A stretch of DNA of 64,000 nt, taken from NCBI RefSeq assembly GCF_000142905.1, contig NW_013657652.1:248001-312000 (forward strand), written 5' to 3'. Within the stretch, counting starts at the first letter, position 1; the number at the start of each line of letters is the position of its first letter. The notes under the pieces are model-generated. The model was not told the DNA's origin and did no database searches. It saw nothing but the letters and a program-made list of their open reading frames with translations. The DNA comes from Thecamonas trahens ATCC 50062 (lineage: Eukaryota > Protista > Apusomonadida). Shown one piece after another: positions 54,228 through 64,000 of this stretch. Position numbers and translations under genes: made by a program.

Positions 54228-55785
54228 TCATGCATAGTACTCAAGCTCGGCCTTCTTGCGGGCCTGGACGACTGCGATGGCCTCGACAAAGTCCTCATGG
54301 ACGATCTCGGTGCCCTCGCGGCGGAGGGCAAGCATGCCGGCCTCGACGGCGACGGCCTTGAGCTGTGCCGAGTTGAAGCCCTCGGTGGAGCGGGAGAGCT
54401 CGTCGTAGTTGACATCGCCGCGAACGTTCATCTTGCGCGAGTGGATCTGCAGGATGGAAGCGCGGGCCTGGGCGTCCGGGTGCGGGAACTCGATCTTGCG
54501 GTCGAAGCGGCCGGAGCGGAGGAGGGCCGGGTCAAGAATGTCAATGCGGTTGGTGGCGGCAATGACTTTGATGTCATCAGCGGCGGAAAAGCCGTCCATC
54601 TGGTTAAGGAGCTCGAGCATTGTCCGCTGGACCTCGCGGTCGCCAGAGAGCTCCGAGTCCTGGCGCTTCATACCGACGGCGTCGAGCTCGTCGATGAAGA
54701 TGATGGTGGGCGCCTTTTCCTTGGCAAGGGCAAAGGCGTCGCGGACAAGCTTGGCGCCGTCACCGATGAACATCTGGACGAGCTGCGGACCTGCGAGCTT
54801 GAGGAAGGCGGCATTGGCCATGTTGGCGCACGCCTTGGCGAGCAGGGTCTTACCAGTGCCCGGCGGGCCGTAGAAGAGCACTCCCTTGGGCGGTTGAATG
54901 CCGAGGGCAAGGAACTTGGCCTTCTTGTCCTCGTGGAACGGCCAGACCACGGCCTCGCGCATCTCGTCGATCTGGGTGTTGAGGCCGCCAACGTCGGCGA
55001 GTGTCTCCGACGGCGCCTCGTCGAGCTCCATGGCCTTGACCCGCGAGTCGTACTCGGCAGGCAGCTTCTCCAGAATGAGGTACGAGTCTTTGTTGACGCC
55101 GACAAGGTCACCCGGCCGCATCTCGGCTGGCGGCACAAGGCCAGCAATCGGGAGGAAGACAGTCTGCCGGGTCGATGTCTTGATCACCGCGCACTTGCCC
55201 TTGCGCTGCGAGTCCAGGTCCTGGTTCGCCCCATCCTCCTCCTCCATCTCCTCGGGGTCGACGTCGAGCAGCTCCACAACCGTCGAGACCAGGTACGGCA
55301 GCGCCTTGTTGCGCTTCACCTTGGCCACGTTGTCCTCCAGCTGAGCCTTCATCCGCTCCAGCTCAAACCGCAACCGGTTGGCGTCGGTCTCCATGATCTG
55401 CACCTCGCGGTCGAGCATCCGCGTCCGCGACTGCACCTCCTCCGCCGACATGGTCAGGATCTCCGGGTCGACCTCGAGCGCCGACTGCACCCCGCGCCCA
55501 CCACCGCAAGCCACAGCCACACAACCAGCCGAGCACATCCCGTGAGTTGTGCACTACTTCTTGCTCACCGCCAAGGCAAGAGCTTCTGCCGACACACTCT
55601 CTCTGCACCACTACAGAGCTGGCTCTCCACCAGAGCGACCGGCGCAAGGCCAGCGGAAAAACCGAGGACCAAGGCGACCTTCTACCCAGCGGCGCGACCA
55701 AGGGGGGGGGGGGGGGGGGGGGGCGGCCTCCACCACTCGGGACACAACGTACAAAGGTGGCATCTGCCTCTGCAAGCGTCGACAT
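54228..55785 (-). CDS. PSMC3: 26S proteasome AAA-ATPase Rpt5 (regulatory subunit 6A)
   Basis: [36 protein letters not shown]-terminal YYA (HbYX). 33-nt first exon; intron 55752-55485. Confidence 0.96.
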
Positions 55786-56138
55786 GCGGGGCAGTGTCGT
55801 GCAGAGTGTGCGAGAGAGAGATGGCTGGCGACGAGGATACAGGCCTGGCTCGACAACGAGGGCGGCCGAGAGCGCGCTGTCGACAGGCGAGCAAGTTCGG
55901 CGGTCAGCGAGCGGGCGACCAGCCGCCGGCAGGCAGTCGGCGGTGTGTTGGTTGCCCGCTGTTTGGCTTCAAAAAAATAATAGGAACGTTGGACGAAGGC
56001 GACCGATTCAGGAAAGAGTGGCTGGTGGCGGGCGGGAAGATGAGGGAGAGCGCGACTCGAGGCAATCCTTGCGAAATATTGGGCAGGAAGCGGGCAACGG
56101 GCAGAGGCACGGGAGGACGGACCACACAACTACCGAAC

Positions 56139-56316
56139 ATGAGCGAGGAGACAGTGACCAACGGAGCGGGTGCGGGTGCCGAGGCAGGGGCGGTGAAGAG
56201 CGAGGCTGGGGCTGCGGGCGCGGTGGAGGCTGGTGTGGTTGAGGCAGGAGCGGGTGCAGCAGGAGCGGCAGTTTCGGATGGTGGCGCCCAGGTCGCCGAG
56301 GGCGCAGCAGAGAGCA

Positions 56317-56358
<42 letters not shown>

Positions 56359-57350
56359 AGGGCGAGGGCGAGAGCTTGAAGCGCAAGCGCGACGACGACG
56401 CTTCGGCGACGACGGCGGCGGCGGCGGCGGTGGCGGCTCCGGCCGAGGCAGCGGCTGTTGAGGATGACGGCTACGGCGACGAGCCTGCGCCAAAGCGGGC
56501 GCGCGGCCTCGAGGCTCCGGCTGCGGTGGCGGCTCCTGTGACGGCGGCAGCTCCGGCTCCTGCGGCAGCGGCAGCTCCGGCTCCTGCGGTGGCGGCGGCT
56601 CCTGCAGCGGCGGCGGCTCCTGCGGCGGCGGCTCCTGCGGCGGCGGCTCCTGCGGCGGCGGCTCCGGCGCCGGGTGCTCCGGTGCAGCAGCCTGCGTATG
56701 GGTACGCGCAGCCTGTGGCTGCGGCGCCGATGGCGCCCGTGGGCGGCCCGAACGCGCACGTGCGGTGCTACTCGTGCGGCGGTTACGGACATTACGCACG
56801 CGAGTGCCCCGCACAGCAGCCGCAGGCCGCCGGCGGGTACGGCGCCCAGGGCTACGGCGCGCCGGCGGCTGCCGGCGGGTACGGCGCCCAGGGCTACGAC
56901 CAGTCGGGCTACGGCCAGCAGGCGGCCGGTGGTTACGGCCAGCAGGCGGCCGGCGGTTACGGCCAGCAGGCAGCTGGTGGTTACCAGCAGGGCGGTTACC
57001 AGCAGGGCGGATACGGCGGCGGGTACCAGCAGGGCGGTTACGGCGGCGGGTACCAGCAGGGCGGCTACGGTGGTGGGTACCAGCAGGGCGGTTACGGTGG
57101 ACAGGGCGGATACGCCGCTCGTAACCCGCATCTTCCGCCCGACCGTGGCTGCTTCCGCTGTGGCGGCCCGCACCTGGCCCGCAACTGCCCTCAGTCGGCC
57201 GCGCCCGGCATGGACACTTGCTTCCGCTGCGGTCAGCCCGGCCACCGCGCCCGCGAGTGCGGCGCGCCTGACTCGCGCACCTGCTACCTGTGCAAGCAGG
57301 TCGGCCACATCTCGTCGCAGTGCCCGAACGGTGGCGCCGCTGCCTACTAG
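56139..57350 (+). CDS. CCHC zinc-knuckle RNA-binding protein (CNBP/Gis2-like) with Ala/Pro and Gly/Tyr/Gln low-complexity regions
   Basis: Four knuckles: CYSCGGYGHYAREC, CFRCGGPHLARNC, CFRCGQPGHRAREC, CYLCKQVGHISSQC. Confidence 0.88.
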
Positions 57351-57589
57351 AGCTGTTGCGCTGTTGCATCGTTGTCGCACTTTTGCTCTCCCTGCCACTC
57401 CCCTCACTTTGCAGAGGGAGGCGGGAGAGGGAAGAAAGTAGAAGAGGTTAGAAAGTATTGAAGTCGCTATTTGATGTGTACACTCTTGACAATAGTGGTG
57501 GAGACTCGGCGAAGGCTCGCCCCCCTCCCCCCATTCTCACTTTGCTGAATGACTACCTCATTCGGCCACACCCGACTTAGACCACTCAA

Positions 57590-59475
57590 ATGGCAGACGA
57601 CAAGACGCCGGCTGCCGGCGGTATTGGCGAGGCCTTCCAGGAGATTTCATTGGCCGATCACACACCCGAGCCGCTCCCGGAGCAGTCTCTGGACAACCTG
57701 GACATTGTACGTGACCAAGAGTGCCTGTTGCTTCCTGTAGCACGCCGTGTGCCTCCCGCAGCGAGTCGGCAGTGTTCGAAGAGCCGGCTCGCCTCGCCGA
57801 GGCAGCGCTTGTCCGCTCGGCTGCTGTTCATCCTCATCCACCAACTCACCGCCCCCCCACCCCCACCCCGGCTGCTGCACCGGTACCGCACAGGAGTCGC
57901 TGACGCCGCTCACCCCGGACATCATTGCCCGCCAGGCCACCATCAACATCGGTACGTGCTCTTACCCTCGGCGCCTTGCCATGGCACACCTTGGGCCGCC
58001 ACCAACTCCAATTTTTGTGTGACTGCCTCTGCCTCGCAGCCCCGCCGTCATCGTGCCCATGGAGCTTGGCGAGCCAGGCCCTGGTGGGACAGAAGCGACC
58101 AGAGAGCCTTGCTGCATGGGCTTGTCCGCGGCAGGATGGCGAGGGGGAGAGGGGGAGGGCGCGGGGGCTCGAATGCAGCGGACACTCACAGCGGCGCGGC
58201 GCGAGGACAGGAACGATTGGGCATGTGGCCCACGGCAAGTCGACGCTCGTCAAGGCCATTTCGGGCGTGCAGACTGTGCGGTTCAAGAACGAGCTCGAGC
58301 GCAATATTACGATCAAGCTTGGCTACGCCAACGCCAAGATCTACAAGTGCGAGAACCCCGAGTGCCCGCCGCCCGGCTGCTACCGGTCGTACAAGTCGTC
58401 GCACGAGATCTCGCCGCCGTGCCGCCGCCCCGGGTGCGGCGGGCGGATGGAGCTGCAGCGGCATGTCAGTTTCGTCGACTGCCCCGGCCACGACATTCTC
58501 ATGGCGACGATGCTCAACGGCGCGGCGGTGATGGACGCAGCGCTCCTTCTGGTGGCGGCCAACGAGTCGTGCCCGCAGCCGCAGACCTCGGAGCACCTTG
58601 CCGCCATCGAGATCATGCGCCTCCAGCACATCCTGATTATGCAGAACAAGGTCGATCTGATCAAGCAGTCGCAAGCCGAGGAGCAGCACAAGCAGATCCA
58701 GGCCTTTGTGAAGGGCACCGTCGCTGACGGCGCGCCGGTCGTCCCGATCTCGGCGCAGCTCAAGTACAACATTGACGTGGTGTGCGAGTACATCTGCACG
58801 CGCATCCCGGTCCCAGCGCGCGACTTTACCTCTGCTCCGCTCCTCATCGTTATCCGCTCGTTCGACATCAACAAGCCCGGATGCGCCGTCGACGAGCTCA
58901 AGGGTGGCGTCGCCGGTGGCTCAATCCTCAAGGGTGTGCTCAAGGTCGGCGACGAGATCGAGGTCCGTCCGGGCATCGTCTCGAAGAACGCCGAGGGCCA
59001 GGTCCAGGTCCAGCCCATCCTCTCGCGCATTGTCTCGCTCTTTGCCGAGCACAACGACCTGCAGTACGCCGTGCCCGGTGGCCTCATCGGTGTCGGCACC
59101 CTCATCGACCCCATGCACTGCCGCGCCGATCGCCTCGTCGGTAAGATGCTCGGCGCCGTCGACCAGCTGCCGGCCTGCTACGTCGAGCTCGAGATCTCGT
59201 TCTTCCTCCTCCGCCGCCTCCTCGGCGTCCGCACCGAGGGCAAGGCCAAGGGCTCCAAGGTCTCCAAGCTTGTCAAGGGCGAGGTCCTCATGCTCAACAT
59301 CGGCTCGCTCTCCACCGGCGGCCGCGTCACCGCCCTCCACGCTGATCTGGCCAAGGTTGTCCTCTCGGCGCCCACCTGCGCCCGCATCGGCGACAAGATC
59401 GCCCTCTCCCGCCGCCTTGCCTCGTCCTGGCGTCTCATCGGCTGGGGCACGGTCAAGCGTGGCAAGGAGCTGTGA
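57590..59475 (+). CDS. EIF2S3: Translation initiation factor 2 subunit gamma
   Basis: RQATINI|[28 protein letters not shown]. Introns 57707-57893 and 57952-58210. Confidence 0.97.
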
Positions 59476-59521
59476 GGCATGGCAAATAACAACAACAACA
59501 ACCAACAGCTCCAACAGCATC

Positions 59522-61109
59522 ATGCGCTCGTACCTGAGGCTCAAGTCGGGCTGCGGTACACTACTCAGCCGACAAGGCCACACGCGACTCTCACATCATT
59601 CTCACCCCCACCGCAGCCCGGGACGCCGAGGTCGCCCGGGCCCGGGCCCGCACACGAGCCCGGGCCCGGGAAGCCGGGTGGGCGTCGTGGGCCGACGCTA
59701 CGCTGGCGCCGCGGCTACAAGCCTGGTGCGGTCGCAAGGCGTGCGGGGTGCTCGCAGTCGCCTTTGCACTCGCGGTGCTGGTAGCGGCCGCAACGAGCGT
59801 GCTGGCGCCTGCTCTGGCACGGAGCGTGGCTGCCGCGGGCGTCGGGCACACCCACATGTTCCTTCCGCGGGTGCTTGGCAAGGCGCCAGCCTATCTCGGG
59901 CCATCGGTCGAGGCGCTGGCGGCGCAGACTAGCCTGCCTGCGTCTGCGCTGGTGGAGCCGATCCGAGTCGTTCGGGTTCGGTCGCGGTGGGACCTGCATC
60001 CGCCGGCGATGTGGCTCGGGTGGGGCGAGAGCGCGGCCAACTCATGGGTGAGCGGGCGGCACGGCGAGCGCCGGCGCGGCGTCTTCCTTCCGTGGCTCTC
60101 CGCAGAGCTCACCCGTGCACCTTGTCCAGTGATGTGCGAGGTGACGAGCAACGGCTCGGCGATCGACGACGCCGACGCTCTAGTGTACGAGCCGTCGAAC
60201 GCACAGCTTTGGTTCGGCCGCCACTGGCGAAGGTATCCGCTCGACTTTCCTCAGACGCGGGGCACCAAGCCGTGGCGCAAGACCGTCGCCGTTGTCTACG
60301 AGGTGCCGTCGTCGTTCGACTCGGTCGCCAACGTCTCAGCCGAGTACGACTGGCTGGCAACGTATGCGCTCGACGCGCAGCTCCCGATCTCGCTCTTTTG
60401 TGGCTTTGGCTACGCGTGGCAGGACTTGTTTGCGCCGACAGCCGGGACGGTGACCGGCGCGCGCCCGCTGCCGGCGCTGCGCCCGCTGCGGGCCAAGATT
60501 CCTGCGGCAGTCTACATTGCGTCGAGGTGCTCAAGCGCTGATGCTCGAGCGCGCGACGCGTACGTGGCGCAGCTAGCGCGCTGGTTTCCGGTCGTCTCGT
60601 TTGGTGAGTGCCTACACAACGCAGATATGCCGGGCGAGCTTGCCGGCGGAGGGCAGTGGCCGCGCCCGTGGCATTCGAAGATTGCAGTCCTCTCGCGGTA
60701 CGCCTTCTACCTCGCCTTTGAGAATGCCAACGTCACCGACTGGATCACCGAGAAGCCGATGCACGGTTGGCTCGCCGGGACCGTCCCGGTCGTCATGGGC
60801 GCCCGCCTCGAGCCGCACTGGTCACCCGGCGCCGGCTCACACATCCACGTCGCCGACTTTGACTCGCCGGCCGCGCTCGGGCTCCGTCTCGCCGCCATCT
60901 CCCGCAGCGAGGCAGCTTACAACGATCACTTTGCCTGGCGGCAGCGCCCGCCGCCACCTGCCTTTGTTGACCGTGTCTCTCAGTGCGCCTTCTACGCCGA
61001 TTGTCGCCTCTGCCTCCAGCTGGCGCAGGCGCGGCACGAGTATCGCCTCGCTGCCACCCGCACTCGACCGCCCAACGCTGGGAGTGGGCGCGGGCCGAAG
61101 TTGACGTGA
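59522..61109 (+). CDS. Alpha-1,3/4-fucosyltransferase (GT10)
   Basis: YAFYLAFENANVTDWITEK and GTVPVVMG motifs; type II TM. A predicted 61-bp intron at 59556-59616 supplies an in-frame ATG. Confidence 0.82.
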
Positions 61110-61148
61110 CCTGGCCGGACGTGGCCACACCTCTCCCACAAATCTACA

Positions 61149-61773
61149 ATGGCGATCCAGCGCGACAACACCATGGTTGACACCGTCAAGGCCTCCAAGG
61201 GCTTCCTCAAGGACAACAAGTCTCGCGGCCGCACCCGCCAGCACGACCGCCGTCGCCGCAAGCCGACCCAGTCGTACTCGTCGTACATCTACAAGGTAGG
61301 CCCTTCCCATCCCCCGTGTGCCTGCCCGTGCCTGGCGGTAGATTCCTCGGGCACTGTCCCCCGCAAAAAAACGCGCCAACGGTGGCGCCACAACCGGCAA
61401 CCCTCGAACCGTCCAGCATGCGTCCCCTCTCTTCCTGCACCCACTTTCTCTTCCTGCACCCACGTGTGTGGACTAACACTCTCCCTCCTTCCCTCTGCCC
61501 TTCCATCTCTCGCTTGCACAGGTGCTCAAGCAGGTGCACCCCGACACCGGCATGTCCCGCCGCGCCATGTCGATCATGAACTCGTTCGTCAACGACACCT
61601 TTGAGAAGATCGCCCTCGAGGCCTCGCGCCTTGCCAAGTTCTCGGGCAAGCAGACCATCACCTCCCGCGAAATCCAGACCGCTGCCCGTCTCATCCTCCC
61701 CGGTGAGCTCGCCAAGCACGCCGTGTCCGAGGGCACGAAGGCTGTCACCAAGTACACCACCTCGACCGCCTAA
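61149..61773 (+). CDS. H2B: Histone H2B (divergent N-terminal tail)
   Basis: YIYK|[10 protein letters not shown]...[30 protein letters not shown]. Intron 61296-61521. Confidence 0.95.
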
Positions 61774-61931
61774 GCGCAGTTCGATGTCCGGCGTACGGTT
61801 TTGCTCCCCCCCCCCATCCTTCTCATGCAGCTGTAAAGTACTCTCGCTGCGTCTTCCTGCGCCCTATGCCTGCCCTACATGCGCCTTGCCTCTGCCCGTC
61901 CACATGTTCTGCAACTGAATGGCGACCGACC

Positions 61932-62136
61932 TCCAACCCAAACCCAAACCCAAACCCAAACCCAGACCGAAACCCAAACCGAAACCCAAACCAAGGTACC
62001 ACCACCACCACCCAACCTCAGCCCCACACCCACACCACACCCACACCACACCCACACCCCACACCACACATCCCACACCACACCCACACCACACCCACAC
62101 CACACCACACCACACCACACCACACACACACACACG
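61932..62136. repeat. Simple repeats (ccaaac)n followed by (cacac/cac)n
   Basis: About 10 hexamer units, then CA-rich pentamers, between H2B and TAF11. Confidence 0.85.
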
Positions 62137-62137
62137 T

Positions 62138-62361
62138 ATGAGCAAGCGCGAGAGAGAGTCGGACGACGACGCGACAAGCCCTCCGTCCAAGCGGGCACGG
62201 CCACTGGAGGACGGCCCACCTCTCGGCTCGGACGACGACGACGACGGTGACGATGACACCGCGCTGAACCCAAGCCTTGATGACGACGACGACAACAACG
62301 ATGATGATGACGATGATGACGACGACGACGACGACGACGATGACGACGACGACGACGATGA

Positions 62362-62396
<35 letters not shown>

Positions 62397-63076
62397 CAGC
62401 GACTAGGCCGTCGGCCCGGCAGGTCCGCTTTGAGGCGCGCGAGGCACACGAAGACCGGAGGAGTAAGAAGAAGAAGAAGAAAAAGAAGAAGAAGAAGAAA
62501 AAGAAGAAGCGCAAGAACCGCTGGGGCTCGGACGACGACGACGACGCTGCGCTCTCGGCCGTCCAGTCGCGGCCGAGACGCCAGGCACGGCGGAACGTGT
62601 CATATGCCGGAAACTCGGGCTCCGACTCGGACCAAGACGAGGACGAAGACATGGAGGCGCGGATGGCGGAATGGAGCCGACAGGCCGACGAGAACACCGA
62701 GCGGTTCATGCTCCTGCAGCAGTTCTCCGACTCTCAGCTCGCCCGCTACGAGGCCTTCCGCCGCTCCAAGCTGCACCAGTCCAAAGTCAAGCGCATCATG
62801 GGTTCGGTCTACTCGTCAACCATCCCTCCGGCGGCCTCGATCATTGTCGCAGGTATCACCAAGGTCTTTGTGGGCGAGCTCATCGAGACCGCGCTGCACA
62901 TCCAGAACGAGCTCGGTCAGGGCACCAACTTTGACGACAACTCTCCGGGCATCCCGCTCCTTCCCTCGCACGTTCGCGCCGCCTATCGCCGCCTTCGCGC
63001 CAAGGGCGCAGTCCCGCCGTCGACACTCGCCGTCACTGCGCCCGCTGCCCGCGCCCGCGCCAAGCTCCTCGACTAA
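62138..63076 (+). CDS. TAF11: TFIID subunit TAF11 with poly-Asp and poly-Lys tracts
   Basis: QLARYEAFRRS, AGITKVFVGELIE, PLLPSHVRAAYRRL histone-fold signature. Confidence 0.88.
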
Positions 63077-63236
63077 CCCCCTACCCCCCCCCCCCCCCCC
63101 CCCCGCCCCCCCTCACTGCCGCTAAACAAACGTTGTCAACAAATGGGAGTGCCACCTGGTCGGTTCTTGCCACTGCGGCCTGCCTCAGCCACAGCCGCAC
63201 TGCCACGCCAGCCACCCCACTGCGTAGCCGCCTGCC

Positions 63237-64000
63237 ATGTCGTCCTCCGGCCTGCTCTACGCAGACGACTCGTACGACGAGTCGTACTCGTGGATGTACT
63301 TTGCCGAAGACCCCATGCTTGCCTCCTTCTCTGCGTACGCGCCCTTGTCCAGCCTGCTCCTCCCGTGCCCCTGACCCCCCTCCCTTCACCCTCTTCGTCT
63401 CCCCCCTGACCCTTCGGTTTCTGCTGTTGTTCGCTGCCATTTTTTCACTGTTCCTGCCGCCTCCCCTCCCCCCGCCCCTCCCCCTCTCTTTCCACCTGCT
63501 CCCCACCTCCGCACAGCAGTACACCCTCACACCCCATCTCATCCCCTGACTCTTGCCTATAGCTCGCATAACGAGTCCAAGAAAAAGAAGAAGAAGAAGC
63601 GCCGGAAGCACAGCTCGTCCACTGCCGCCGCCGGCTCGTCGGACGCTGACTCTGCCGCAGGCGCATCTTCGGTTGACGCGGCTGCCGTGGCTGCTGCGAC
63701 CGGTGCGTCGCCGTCTTCGCAGCACTCGGTCCACAAGGTCACCACCGTAACCACCGTTACCGAGACCGTCGAGAGCCATGCCGAGTCTGGATCTCGCAAG
63801 CACCGCAAGAAGAAGAAGCACCGCGCTGATCCGAAGCCGGAGGCCGAGCCGGTCGATGACGTCCCGCGTGCCACGTCGCCCAAGCGCATGCGCAAGCGCA
63901 AGAAGCGACCGGAGGAGAAGGCCACCGCTCTCGCTGCTACCGCTCTCGCTCCCGAGCCTGAGAATGAGACTGAGGCTGAAGCCGAAGACTCGGCGCCAAC
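63237..64000 (+). CDS. 5' part of a Lys-rich protein of unknown function (runs off the window)
   Basis: Exon 63237-63334, intron 63335-63562 (GTACGC...TATAG), then an open frame SHNESKKKKKKKRR... to the window end. Confidence 0.65.

Noticed and set aside
54207-56138. N-terminal part of the 1047-aa + strand ORF
   Set aside because: It is the antisense shadow of RPT5 plus intergenic DNA. The real zinc-knuckle gene starts at 56139.
61919-62137. PKPKPK/His-Thr-Pro N-terminal extension of TAF11
   Set aside because: It is translation of simple repeats; ATG 62138 is the more plausible start.
63511-63524. Possible 2-nt microexon (CACAG-CA-GTACAC)
   Set aside because: Direct splicing of 63335-63562 already keeps the codon-biased frame. 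Including CA shifts it unless the poorly biased ATG 63143 frame is used. Worth an RNA-seq check, but unsupported.
1-64000. Numerous long overlapping and antisense ORFs rich in Arg/Ser/Pro/Ala
   Set aside because: Expected from high GC and strong third-position bias; they carry no recognisable motifs.

Overview
This is a gene-dense, GC-rich eukaryotic (protist) region, not prokaryotic. It has about 35 protein-coding genes with short GT-AG introns (donors mostly GTA(C/T/G/A)G(T/C), branch points CTCAC/CTAAC, acceptors YAG) and one 100-N gap. Gene content and style suggest a heterotrophic flagellate near opisthokonts, such as the apusomonad Thecamonas; this is an inference and was not tested. 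Recognisable housekeeping genes are HAS1/DDX18, DHPS, SF3B5, TDP1, PARN, a HECT E3 ligase, ATG17, NDUFA12, NEIL1, TMEM65, B12-dependent methionine synthase, RPT5, eIF2-gamma, histone H2B and TAF11. The most striking observation is in the GH25-type lysozyme gene (6693-8036, minus strand). Its frame and conserved YMFPC motif are restored only by splicing in two consecutive single-nucleotide exons (T at 7397, C at 7294), each between a CAG acceptor and a GTACG donor with its own branch point. Other notable genes: the TSET small subunit (TSPOON/LOLITA), a Spindly/BICD-type dynein adaptor, a miniature attractin/MEGF8-like receptor, a PDZ-less syntrophin-like protein, a BAH-PHD (EBS/SHL/EPR-1-like) reader, a pseudo-GTPase and a piggyBac relic. 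Five frameshifts at short homopolymers are most likely sequencing errors. All family assignments come from motif recognition by eye; no database searches were run.
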